A DNA stretch of 64,000 nucleotides from a virus (lineage: Duplodnaviria; Caudoviricetes), in the IMG/VR virus record IMGVR_UViG_2737471636_000001, positions 25,331 to 89,330 of that record; one strand, 5' to 3'. The notes beneath the pieces were generated by a model that saw nothing but the letters and a program-made list of their open reading frames with translations, had not been told where the DNA came from and made no database searches. Below, piece by piece: positions 30,065 through 38,766 of this stretch (positions are counted from its first letter, which is position 1; the number at the start of each line of letters is the position of its first letter). A program made the translations under genes and the position numbers.

Positions 30065-30499
30065 TTAAGCACTCTCCAAATCCAGTTCTCTCACGATCAC
30101 AACAACACCAGGGGTTTCGGCGTATCGCTTACGCTGTGACGCTTCAACAATCTGTGAATCGTCGTGGTAAACAACGCCATTCATGCCATCTTCAACGGCC
30201 TTGAGAATATTGGAGAAATCCGGTTTTTTAGTAGCCGCTATTAATCCTTGTGTCGCTGATTGCCGCTTCTTCTGCGACCATGACGCGGGTATCTGTAATC
30301 GGATATCCAACTCAAGATAAATTGGTCCTAACATCAAAGTTTTACCTGCCATCGCAACATTTGCGGCGTATGCCACTAGATTTTCATAATTAGCTGTTTT
30401 TTCTGGCGTATATAAAGTAATGAGCTTTCCTTTTTTAGTAGCTTTTGGTCTACCTTTAGCTACGGGTTGCCCCGGCACGACAAATTGAACTTCATTCAT
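30065..30499 (-). CDS. rusA: RusA family Holliday junction resolvase
   Basis: PG.PV.KGRP, KPD..N..KAV.DG.NG....DDSQIV. Confidence 0.9.
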   Translation of the reverse strand: MNEVQFVVPGQPVAKGRPKATKKGKLITLYTPEKTANYENLVAYAANVAMAGKTLMLGPIYLELDIRLQIPASWSQKKRQSATQGLIAATKKPDFSNILKAVEDGMNGVVYHDDSQIVEASQRKRYAETPGVVVIVRELDLESA

Positions 30500-30633
30500 G
30501 CTTCATCACCACATTCCTAAAACAATCATTTGAATTATTATTTTTCCTATTCGTCATATAATTGTGCATACGTGAAATACGCTTCTAAATTATTAGCCAC
30601 TAGTTTCGGTATGCACACCCTTAAAATGGCATA

Positions 30634-31419
30634 TCATTTAAAATCTTCATACTTATTCCCCGCTTCCCCAAAGATTTCTTCCTCAAAAGCATCTAATAAC
30701 TCGATTGTTATCTCTGAAAGGCTGCTGATTCCCATTATTTTCTTAGCTTTTACCTTCATTTGATTGGCCGTAAGTGCAACCGCGTGCGGCAAAAGAAGAT
30801 CATGCCTGTCCTCATGCGTTGCCGATCCAGCGTGTGAACCGTGAGCCCAGGTCATGTGGTGGTTATGACACAATGGCACCAGATACCAATGAGGTGGTTT
30901 GATTCTTATGCCGGAATTTGCCGATGTTTTTACGTGATGTCCTACTACGTCTCCATTACATGCGATATGTTTTGCAAACTTTGTACCGCAGCAAGGAAGT
31001 TTTTCCACGTAACTTTTATGATCCAATTGCGAGTAAGCCTCGGCTATTTCCATGCCAGTCCATAATTTAGAATTACGGAAGTAACCGTCCGTGTGCATCG
31101 CCTGCGCTAATCGGTTTGGCTGTTTGGCTGCTGGCTCAAGAGCTATAATCTCGGATTCATTAGTTTTTATCGGAAGATCGTCCACTCGTATCGCGAAAAC
31201 ATGATAAATCTGCCCGGCCATCTTGCCTTTCTTGACCGTTGCTACCTCAAAAGGTAAAACGCTATCGTCATCCTGCATCATGAATTTGATCTTCGGTCCA
31301 TCCCTTGAGGTGCTTTTCGACCATTCCAGCAATTGCACTTCACCGGAAAAATCTAGCACTCCGATTGAACGCATAGTTTCCTCAAGTTTTGCTATTGCCT
31401 GTTGGATTTGTTGTGTCAT
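30634..31419 (-). CDS. Hypothetical protein with C-terminal HNH/zinc-binding domain
   Basis: LPCC...HH...VPLCH.HH motif. Confidence 0.6.
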   Translation of the reverse strand: MTQQIQQAIAKLEETMRSIGVLDFSGEVQLLEWSKSTSRDGPKIKFMMQDDDSVLPFEVATVKKGKMAGQIYHVFAIRVDDLPIKTNESEIIALEPAAKQPNRLAQAMHTDGYFRNSKLWTGMEIAEAYSQLDHKSYVEKLPCCGTKFAKHIACNGDVVGHHVKTSANSGIRIKPPHWYLVPLCHNHHMTWAHGSHAGSATHEDRHDLLLPHAVALTANQMKVKAKKIMGISSLSEITIELLDAFEEEIFGEAGNKYEDFK

Positions 31420-31429
31420 AACAATTCTC

Positions 31430-32095
31430 CTAAGCAAATAATCGTTCTTGCCTGGAATACTCAAATACTCGCTTGCATGCAGCCTCGTAGTAGTCCTTAT
31501 CTAATTCGCATCCGACGAATTCAAAACCAAGATTATTTGCTGCGATAGCACTAGATCCTGAACCGAGATGGGTATCTAATATTCGTTGACCTGGTTTTGC
31601 ATATTTACTTAAAATCCACTCATACAATTTGATAGGCTTCTGAGTTGGATGAATTCGGGTTTCCTTTTCTGCACCCTGCTCTCTCCAAAATCCTGACCAT
31701 AGATATTTGAATATATCTACACGGTTATAGAATGATTGATAGGCAATCTCAGCCATGCTAAAAGGACTGTTCTCATTACCCTTAACCCAAACAACTCTGC
31801 CTCCGGCAGCTTTAATATTTAAATAGTTGATACCCCAAATAATCTGGTTCTTTGATATTCGAACCAATTCATTCATATATTCCTGGCCAGGAATTTCCCA
31901 GGTGTCAGAGATATCTTTGTAAGCACCGGCTTTCGATCTTTGTTTTGTGCCCTCGTAATAGCCGGGTTTCTGAGGACCATCAAAATATGGCGGATCGCAC
32001 ACGGCTAAATCAAAGTGATCATCAGGCAACGATCTCATGTATGTCATGCAGTCAACATTTTTTATTGTAGTATTCCCTATTATTACTTGGGTCAT
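31430..32095 (-). CDS. DNA N6-adenine/N4-cytosine methyltransferase
   Basis: DPPY, HPTQKP, ILDTHLGSGS motifs. Confidence 0.9.
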   Translation of the reverse strand: MTQVIIGNTTIKNVDCMTYMRSLPDDHFDLAVCDPPYFDGPQKPGYYEGTKQRSKAGAYKDISDTWEIPGQEYMNELVRISKNQIIWGINYLNIKAAGGRVVWVKGNENSPFSMAEIAYQSFYNRVDIFKYLWSGFWREQGAEKETRIHPTQKPIKLYEWILSKYAKPGQRILDTHLGSGSSAIAANNLGFEFVGCELDKDYYEAACKRVFEYSRQERLFA

Positions 32096-32919
32096 ACCCC
32101 ACACACTCCTTCACAATCATTTCCGAACATATCAATCTGCGGAGATGGTGCATCGAAATCTATTTCAGAAAGCGGTACACATGAGCGATGAAGAAATGGC
32201 TTTCCCCGAAACCCAATAACATTGCTCATGGTTTTCTGAAACTTAACCTCCCACCTCACGGCATCGTCAAATGCATTAGGTTCTTCCCTTTTTAATCTTC
32301 TCCACTCTTCATTTGAGTGATACGGGCAAAAACTGCAACTTGATCTTGGTGGTGTTGGATAACCCTTTCTCTTCATCCAAGCAACACAGTCATGACGTTT
32401 CATGCCCTTTTCTACTAAAGGCCATCTGTTTCTTACCCAGCCATCCCTAGACGGTTTCATTCTGTGCGCTTCATCCAGTGATATTCCGATTAACTGCTCA
32501 ACACCGGATTTTTTTCCGCCCAAATCTCTGAGTTTTTTTCGGATAGGATCAATCTTAAAATCAACAGTGCATTGGCGCATGAGCAAATTAACTTTTCCAT
32601 CCCCTTCTGTGATCCATGCAGGTGGTGCAGATTTTTGGTAATAGTTACCTTTTTTTGATTTATGTATTTTTAGAGCCGATTCGCCCAGATTGCCTTTTGA
32701 TACTTTATACACTTGAAATGGCAATTGCTTTTCTAACCAATCCAGCCACTTATAAACAGATTGTGGTTCAGACTGTGTATCAGCAAAAATCGCACAATCC
32801 GGCATATCTATTTCACCGTGAGCCGCCATTAAAGCGAGAGTAGATGATTGCACGCCAGCTCCCAAAGACAGCACTGTCAATTTCTTCACGCCTCGTGATT
32901 CTTCTTGCTGATTTCCCAT
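32092..32919 (-). CDS. PAPS-reductase-like (PP-loop) phage protein
   Basis: SLGAGVQSS, FADT..EP, CT..FKI.P, SSCSFCPY motifs. Confidence 0.75.
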   Translation of the reverse strand: MGNQQEESRGVKKLTVLSLGAGVQSSTLALMAAHGEIDMPDCAIFADTQSEPQSVYKWLDWLEKQLPFQVYKVSKGNLGESALKIHKSKKGNYYQKSAPPAWITEGDGKVNLLMRQCTVDFKIDPIRKKLRDLGGKKSGVEQLIGISLDEAHRMKPSRDGWVRNRWPLVEKGMKRHDCVAWMKRKGYPTPPRSSCSFCPYHSNEEWRRLKREEPNAFDDAVRWEVKFQKTMSNVIGFRGKPFLHRSCVPLSEIDFDAPSPQIDMFGNDCEGVCGV

Positions 32920-33128
32920 TGCCTTTTAATCTCCATTTTCAGCTTTTCCAATCCAACCGGACCGTGACGTTTACCGTAACTTTCAATTTCTTTAACCCGC
33001 TCTGACTTGTTTACTATTTCACATATCCTTTTTGCCGTTCTGTGCCGCTCTATACACTGCAATTTGTATTTCTCAGTATAAGTTTCACTAGGATTGTCAG
33101 TACAATTTGGGCAGTAACATGGCATCAT
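32886..33128 (-). CDS. Small hypothetical protein
   Basis: 80 aa with CxCxxC, in operon. Confidence 0.5.
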   Translation of the reverse strand: MMPCYCPNCTDNPSETYTEKYKLQCIERHRTAKRICEIVNKSERVKEIESYGKRHGPVGLEKLKMEIKRQWEISKKNHEA

Positions 33129-33187
33129 TTAGTCCCAAAATTCACAGCCAATTCAGTGTGATCTTTAGCACCAGACCATGAAATTTC

Positions 33188-33850
33188 CTAAGCTTTCTTT
33201 TTGTCATCTCTGTTTGAACTAAAAGCTAGTTTTAGATCACCCGCAGATTCACCAGCTTGCTTAAATCCGATCAGGGGTTTAACGGTGCCACCATTGATTA
33301 CTCGCTCACATTCTTCCTCGTTTCCGATCATCACGTAAGGTTGTAATTTCAGTCCTTTGGATGCGTTATGAGCATTGGCAATGCCGGTCAAAACAGGCGG
33401 GTAGTCCGGCAATTCGCTGCGCTCTCGAAAACCCCGGTACCGGTTCTCAAACTCTCGTGCCACGAATGGCCACTCATCTTCATTTTTCTGACCTAGAGCA
33501 ATCCACCCGCCCATGTCATGCAAAACCCGGTGAATGAGTGGATCATCGAAAACCACATCAACGTAAGTTCCCTTATGACGCAATGCTTTGTCGACCTTTG
33601 CCCACGCCATGAGAGCAGAATCCTGTGTGGAACCCCGCAGCATGCGGATGATGTCCGCAGGCTTTGGTAACCACTTGCCGGATTCGGTGTTGATGACATG
33701 CCGGTTAAATGCCTGGATGATTGCCGGAGTATCGAATGGCTTCAAAGCATTCCACCAAATATCCAACACGAACATATTGATTTCTTTGTCATAAAATCCA
33801 TAAATTCCTGCCAATCCTTCACGAAATTTTTCATAATCTTTTTCGGTCAT
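33188..33850 (-). CDS. Replication-associated protein (DUF6475-like, P position)
   Basis: PKPADI, VVFDDPLIH..L.DMGGW motifs; coupled to initiator. Confidence 0.7.
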   Translation of the reverse strand: MTEKDYEKFREGLAGIYGFYDKEINMFVLDIWWNALKPFDTPAIIQAFNRHVINTESGKWLPKPADIIRMLRGSTQDSALMAWAKVDKALRHKGTYVDVVFDDPLIHRVLHDMGGWIALGQKNEDEWPFVAREFENRYRGFRERSELPDYPPVLTGIANAHNASKGLKLQPYVMIGNEEECERVINGGTVKPLIGFKQAGESAGDLKLAFSSNRDDKKKA

Positions 33851-34626
33851 TTTTGCGCTCTCATTTCCGGTGGTTCCCAGTCACTAACTGTTTCAAGATT
33901 GTTCTGCAGCAATGCTTCTGCCTTGTTCGGGATCTTGCCTTGCAGCACCTTTCCTTTCGCCTTGGCTGCTTCTGTGCGCTGCCCTTTCACGATGCCGAGT
34001 ACGTAGGCAAAACCTTTGCTTTTATCCTTGGCCGTTCGTGCTGCATGCATGAATTCATCAATCGTTGCACCCGCTTCGATGAGCATCAAAAGCTCAGGAT
34101 GTGAAGGATTTAAATCGATAATTCCGATTTTTTTGATGGCAAGACACACGCTTGCCGCTGGTGTTGGGTTGCTACTCTGTTGGGAGGGATAATCAGTGTG
34201 TATTATTTCTTCACTGGTTAATGGTTCTTGGTTTATGGTTCTTGGTTCTTGGTTAGGTGGCGGTTCGTTCACGCTTGAGCACGGTTCGTGCACGGTGCGT
34301 GTTCTATTTCTTCTTTTCTCTTCACGCTCCGTTGCTATTCTTTTGTTTGTTGATGCATTTTCGTGATATTTGCTAATTTCTTCTTGAATACGATTCTGGT
34401 AATAAACACCATCAACAAGATCGAAAAATTTGCTTAATACAAACTTAACTGCCGCTTCTTCTTCAGGAGTTCTAACCCAGCACCACTCCAAAGCTTCTTC
34501 AAGAGTAGGGAAACGTTCACGGTCATAGCACGAATGGATCAAAAGTGTGTACGCTCCGTGCTCAAGCATTGAAAGACGTCCTGCTTTCTTTGCGTAGTCA
34601 CCTATGTTCATCTTGAAGTAATGCAT
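33847..34626 (-). CDS. YdaU/DUF1376 family replication initiator
   Basis: MHYF..NIGDY...LS.LEHGAY..L; internal NQEP repeats. Confidence 0.85.
   Translation of the reverse strand: MHYFKMNIGDYAKKAGRLSMLEHGAYTLLIHSCYDRERFPTLEEALEWCWVRTPEEEAAVKFVLSKFFDLVDGVYYQNRIQEEISKYHENASTNKRIATEREEKRRNRTRTVHEPCSSVNEPPPNQEPRTINQEPLTSEEIIHTDYPSQQSSNPTPAASVCLAIKKIGIIDLNPSHPELLMLIEAGATIDEFMHAARTAKDKSKGFAYVLGIVKGQRTEAAKAKGKVLQGKIPNKAEALLQNNLETVSDWEPPEMRAQK
34215..34254. repeat. Iteron-like TGGTT(CT) repeats, candidate phage origin
   Basis: Six TGGTT units at 7-bp period inside the initiator gene. Confidence 0.5.
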
Positions 34627-34814
34627 TATTTAAAACCAATAAAAAACCCGCATGCTTGAGCGATCAAACACACGGGTATAAAACAAGCGGACATTATTAA
34701 AACGCCTGTCAGAAGTTTTGCGCGATTCCGACTATGCGATACGGGTCGCACATCGCGCTGCGGTATATCCAAAGAATAAACTGATGGCCTAAGGATATTG
34801 TTCATTTCATTCAT
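34626..34814 (-). CDS. Small membrane protein
   Basis: 62 aa coupled ORF with TM segment. Confidence 0.45.
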   Translation of the reverse strand: MNEMNNILRPSVYSLDIPQRDVRPVSHSRNRAKLLTGVLIMSACFIPVCLIAQACGFFIGFK

Positions 34815-35277
34815 TGAATGAGTTGTAAAGCTGAGTTGTTATTTGCATCAGGTGCAAAAGTAAGGGTCTCAATTTTTGACGCTCACTTGCATCAAAATGA
34901 AAATCTTGTGCGGCATCGCTGCCTTCTTTTAGTAGCGTGGAAGTGCTGGCAACCAAGGATAGGAAAGTTTTTACCTGACATTTTGGTTCGGTTTGTTCCA
35001 GCGACAGATCCACATCAATGGTTGCCTGACCGATTAAGTAAGCCAGTGAAAAAATAGTGGCTTTGGCCTGGCAATGAATAATGATTTCTAAAAGGACAGA
35101 AAAAGAAGGCGGTAATGCTTCATGATCCGGATTCAAATGATTGGCAAGTGTTGTTGGATTCATTCCCAGCACACCTGCCAACGCGGTAATTCCGCCAGGA
35201 AATTTCTTGGCATCAGCTTGCAAAGACAGAAACAATGATCTGTAAATCTGCTTTGTTAATCTAGATGAATGTCTCAT
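34807..35277 (-). CDS. Phage regulatory CII-family protein
   Basis: PGG..ALA..LGM...TL...LNP motif; downstream of cro. Confidence 0.75.
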   Translation of the reverse strand: MRHSSRLTKQIYRSLFLSLQADAKKFPGGITALAGVLGMNPTTLANHLNPDHEALPPSFSVLLEIIIHCQAKATIFSLAYLIGQATIDVDLSLEQTEPKCQVKTFLSLVASTSTLLKEGSDAAQDFHFDASERQKLRPLLLHLMQITTQLYNSFNE

Positions 35278-35347
35278 AAAGCGAAACCTCTTGACGTTTC
35301 GTCTAGCTGATCATTTTTAGGATATGGATAATGAGCGGCATGAATAT

Positions 35348-35590
35348 TCATGCCGCTTTTTCTGATTTTGGTTCATCGATTGGGTAAATGCTGGGGCTCA
35401 ATCTATGCCGAGTTACCCTGCAAGAAGTAGCTTTTTCTATTGGAATTACAAAGTCAGGGTTGATAACACCATGCCTAAGCCAGTAACTAATGTTTTGCTG
35501 TTTAGTTCCTATAGCTTCGGCCAGCAAGGTCTGAGAACCCAGGATATGAATGGCCTCCAACAATGCAGATTGCTGTATTTTATTTTTCAT
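35348..35590 (-). CDS. cro: Cro/YdaS-like repressor
   Basis: GSQ..LA..IG.KQQ.IS.W...IE.AT...VTR..L.P.IY. Confidence 0.85.
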   Translation of the reverse strand: MKNKIQQSALLEAIHILGSQTLLAEAIGTKQQNISYWLRHGVINPDFVIPIEKATSCRVTRHRLSPSIYPIDEPKSEKAA

Positions 35591-35597
35591 TTTTAAA

Positions 35598-35682
35598 ATT
35601 GTATGACTGAATCGTTTACAAGTCTATTTGTAGCAGATAACAAAGAGACTTGTCAACAACAATACAAATTTATTTGTATCAT
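35598..35682. promoter_or_regulatory. OR region: three ACAA-N6-TTGT operators with PR and PRM
   Basis: Operators at 35617-32, 35639-54, 35663-78; minus-strand TAGACT-N17-TACAAT; plus-strand TATCAT at 35677-82. Confidence 0.8.
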
Positions 35683-35689
35683 TTCCAAT

Positions 35690-36142
35690 ATGAAAGAAGA
35701 ATTTTCAACCTACCGAGGAAGATTGAATTGGGCGCTTAAAAAGGCGGGAATGAGTCAGACTGATCTGGCCAAGCTTTGCGGCTTGAAACCACAGGCTGTT
35801 CAATATTTGTGCGATCAAAAAAATAATGCTCAAGGAAGTATTCATAACGCGAAATTTGCTCATCACTTAAAGGTATCAGCGCTATGGTTAGAGGCAAATA
35901 TGGGAGAGCCTTTAACTGAGGACAGATTAAAGGAAGTTGAGAAAGAACTGGAAAAAACTAAAGAAGACCTTAATAAAACAATAGATACGGTAAGGTCATG
36001 GGGGGTTGAGGATATTAATTCTGTAGATGTTGAATTATCAGAGATATTTAGCAGCGCTTACAAAGTGAGAGTTGAGGATAGACCTCATGTCACCAAAATC
36101 GTTAAGACTTTTATTAGAAAACCAAGAAAGGCAGAAGGATAG
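35690..36142 (+). CDS. CI-like repressor (HTH, no recognisable S24 peptidase domain)
   Basis: RL..ALKKAGMSQTDLA..CG...VS..WL; divergent from cro; start moved to ATG 35690. Confidence 0.8.
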   Translation: MKEEFSTYRGRLNWALKKAGMSQTDLAKLCGLKPQAVQYLCDQKNNAQGSIHNAKFAHHLKVSALWLEANMGEPLTEDRLKEVEKELEKTKEDLNKTIDTVRSWGVEDINSVDVELSEIFSSAYKVRVEDRPHVTKIVKTFIRKPRKAEG

Positions 36143-36254
36143 ATACGATTCAGAAGGAAATATTAGAAATATAAGTGATCGATGCGAATTTTATCGATGT
36201 AAATGCAAAACAGGATGAACACTTAAGAACTTCGATCCCGATTTTAATTTTGTA

Positions 36255-36369
36255 AAGATAAATGCGCCGTTTAGGTGAAGTGCAGTTTTGACTTAACCCA
36301 GTTATCCAGTGAACTCCATGACACATAGATAACTGGAAGATTCGGAAAACATTGGGGGGCTCCGAATCT
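36255..36369 (-). ncRNA. Sibling sRNA 1 (terminator degenerate)
   Basis: Hairpins AGAUUCGGA/UCCGAAUCU and CCAGUUAUC/GAUAACUGG; box 36403-36418 at -41.5. Confidence 0.6.
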
Positions 36370-36424
36370 TCTTTTATTATTTATTAAATTAATAAATTAG
36401 TTTGTTCGATAGTTAACAGTGAAG

Positions 36425-36555
36425 AAAAAAGCGCATCCACAAAAGTAAATGCGCTTTCATCAAGGAGAAAATTGAAATGAAAACCCGGTTATTACTGAGA
36501 GTATGGGCTCAGAAATAACCGGAAGATTCCAAGTTTATTGAGAAACATAGAATCT
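36425..36555 (-). ncRNA. Sibling sRNA 2
   Basis: Three hairpins, AAGCGCA..UGCGCUUUUUU terminator; box 36589-36604 at -41.5. Confidence 0.75.
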
Positions 36556-36610
36556 GGAAAAATAATGCCTAATTCATTTAAATTTTTATGTTCGGTGTCT
36601 AACGTTAAAT

Positions 36611-36742
36611 AAAAAAAGCGCATCTACAAAAAGTAAATGCGCTTAAAGCCTCGAGAATTATGAAACCCGGTTAATCTCAATGTGCCCTAATGAGTACAAC
36701 AATAACCGGGAGATTCAATGCTGATTGAGAGACACCGAATCT
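36611..36742 (-). ncRNA. Sibling sRNA 3
   Basis: Same architecture; box 36776-36791 at -41.5. Confidence 0.75.
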
Positions 36743-36794
36743 ATTAAAATAATGACTGATTTGGTTTGATACGTATGTTCGATTTCTAACTTAT

Positions 36795-36902
36795 AAAAAA
36801 AGCGCATTCCCAGGGAAGAACGCGCTTAAAGTGCAGAAACACGATCCGGCTATAACGGAATAAGAAATAGCCGTAGATTTAGGAACAGGAGTAACTAAAT
36901 CT
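36795..36902 (-). ncRNA. Sibling sRNA 4
   Basis: Same architecture with compensatory stem changes; box 36936-36951 at -41.5. Confidence 0.75.
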
Positions 36903-37052
36903 AATTTAAATTTATTAGAAAATTGATCCCTCTTCTGTTCATTTCCTAACAGAAATGAATTTTTTAAGATGGGTCTATACAGCAATCTCTTATATAGCTG
37001 CTGGCTGGACTGCAATTACTTGGATTTTTGGCAAGAAGAAACGCAGCATTAT

Positions 37053-37157
37053 AAAGAAAGCGCGTTTCTTAAAATGGGGATCAAGAAACGCGCTTAAATG
37101 ACAACCTCTTGAGGTAGATTGAAGGGCCATTCACAATATACTCCCTCCAATGTGAAT
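37053..37157 (-). ncRNA. Variant structured RNA within the array
   Basis: 13-bp AAGCGCGUUUCUU terminator-like stem plus AUUCACA/UGUGAAU hairpin; no clear box. Confidence 0.45.
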
Positions 37158-37267
37158 ATTTTGTGATAATAAAACACATACTTTAGATAAATAATATATT
37201 CATAAATCTGCCATTGTTGCAGATCAATACTAATAATTTGTAAAAATATCCAGGGTGTTGAGAAAAC

Positions 37268-37388
37268 AAAAAAAGCGCACCCACCTGGAGTAAATGCGCT
37301 TAAAGTGCATGAACAACATAACCGGCTATTTACTGGCTTAAGGAAATAGCCGGAGATTTAGCAAAAGCCTACGGGAGTTACTAAATCT
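37268..37388 (-). ncRNA. Sibling sRNA 5
   Basis: Same architecture; G-U pairs only on the minus strand; box 37422-37437 at -41.5. Confidence 0.75.
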
Positions 37389-37459
37389 GTGAAGATGATC
37401 GCTCACTTTCAGTCGTTATTCTGTACGGTTTGTAACAAAACTTATATTAATAATTCCAA

Positions 37460-38734
37460 ATGGCCCGCTCAATCGCCCTCATCGATGTCAATAACTTCTA
37501 TGTAAGTTGCGAGAGAGTTTTTAATCCAAAGCTCGAAGATGTGCCGGTTGTGGTGTTATCCAATAACGATGGCTGCGCCGTCGCCAGAAGCAATGAAGTA
37601 AAAGCTCTTGGTGTAAAAATGGGCCAACCGTGGTTTCAGCTAAAAGATCTTGCCAAAAAACATGGAATCATAGCCTACTCATCCAATTACACGCTATACG
37701 CCGATATGAGCGACCGGGTAATGAGCATACTATCGGAATATAGCCCCAACCAAGAAATCTATTCGATCGATGAATGCTTTTTGGATCTTACTGGATTCCA
37801 GGAGCATACCAATTATGGGCAAAGCATCAGGCAGAGAATCAAACAATGGACTGGATTGCCGGTTTGCGTCGGAATTGGTGGTACCAAGACACTTTCTAAA
37901 CTGGCCAATCATGTTGCAAAGAAAAATGCTAACTTTAACGGTGTCTGCGATCTGAATGCTTTTTCCCCTGCCCTGCATGATGAATGGTTGAGCCGTATTG
38001 AAGTAGGTGAAGTTTGGGGAATCGGCAGAAAACTTGCACCCAAACTGAATAAACACGGAATTAAAACTGTCCTGGATTTGAAAAATTCCAATTCAAAACG
38101 TCTCAGGGAGGAATTCAGCGTGGTTATGGAAAAAACTATCCGTGAATTGAATGGTGTGCCCTGCATCGAACTGGAAGAAATCTCGCCACCCAAGAAGCAG
38201 ATCATCAGCTCAAGATCGTTTGGTATAACGGTAAAAGATCTCAAGAGCCTGGAACAATCAGTATCCTCTCACATTGCCAAAGCTGCAGAAAAATTACGCC
38301 AGCAACAATCATATGCCGGTTCGGTACATGTATTCATCACCACAAGCCGGTTCAATAAGCCAGAAGAGAACTATCACAACACCTATAAGATCAAGCTTCC
38401 AACGCAATCGGCCGATACTATTTTACTCACCAAAGCGGCGTTGTGGGGGTTGCACAAGATCTATCGAAGCGGATACAAATACAACAAAGCCGGAGTAATG
38501 CTCTCGGATTTTGTAACTAATGAGAATCGTCAGAACGATATGTTCGGTCTTAGATTGGAGGATGGTAAATCAAAACGTTTAATGAAAGTAATGGATCAAA
38601 TTAACGCTAGAATGGGCAAGGGAACTATTAAGTTAGCTTCGGAAGGCACTGATCAGCATTGGAATATGAAGCAAGGTAGTAGGAGTCAAGGTTTTACGAC
38701 AAAGTGGGATGAGTTGGTTACAATTGATGATTAG
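37460..38734 (+). CDS. umuC: Y-family DNA polymerase V subunit
   Basis: [32 protein letters not shown]-terminal W.MKQ..RS..FTT.W. Confidence 0.95.
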   Translation: MARSIALIDVNNFYVSCERVFNPKLEDVPVVVLSNNDGCAVARSNEVKALGVKMGQPWFQLKDLAKKHGIIAYSSNYTLYADMSDRVMSILSEYSPNQEIYSIDECFLDLTGFQEHTNYGQSIRQRIKQWTGLPVCVGIGGTKTLSKLANHVAKKNANFNGVCDLNAFSPALHDEWLSRIEVGEVWGIGRKLAPKLNKHGIKTVLDLKNSNSKRLREEFSVVMEKTIRELNGVPCIELEEISPPKKQIISSRSFGITVKDLKSLEQSVSSHIAKAAEKLRQQQSYAGSVHVFITTSRFNKPEENYHNTYKIKLPTQSADTILLTKAALWGLHKIYRSGYKYNKAGVMLSDFVTNENRQNDMFGLRLEDGKSKRLMKVMDQINARMGKGTIKLASEGTDQHWNMKQGSRSQGFTTKWDELVTIDD

Positions 38735-38766
38735 ATAGCATAATAAAGTTTAGTTAGGAGATTACT

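Noticed and set aside
35603-35689. N-terminal extension of CI in the ORF track
   Set aside because: Overlaps the operators and promoters; ATG 35690 fits the HTH start
36791-37015. 74-aa minus-strand ORF over sRNA 4
   Set aside because: No RBS, runs through a terminator, no counterpart in the other units
36477-37340. Plus-strand micro-ORFs in the array (MKTRLLLRVWAQK, MKPG, MNNITGYLLA) as type I toxins
   Set aside because: Not conserved in length or sequence between units; G-U pairing and U-tracts favour minus-strand RNAs
36840-37390. CsrB/Rsm-type GGA-loop sponge on the plus strand
   Set aside because: GGA motifs occur in only some loops, and promoter/terminator polarity points to the minus strand
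37421-37436. LexA box upstream of umuC
   Set aside because: CTGT-N8-TAAC lacks the ACAG half-site; fits the CRP/FNR-like box of sRNA 5 instead
36255-37440. CRISPR array interpretation of the repeats
   Set aside because: Repeats are not identical, the period is irregular (about 160-190 bp with a gap), each unit has its own promoter, and no cas genes are present
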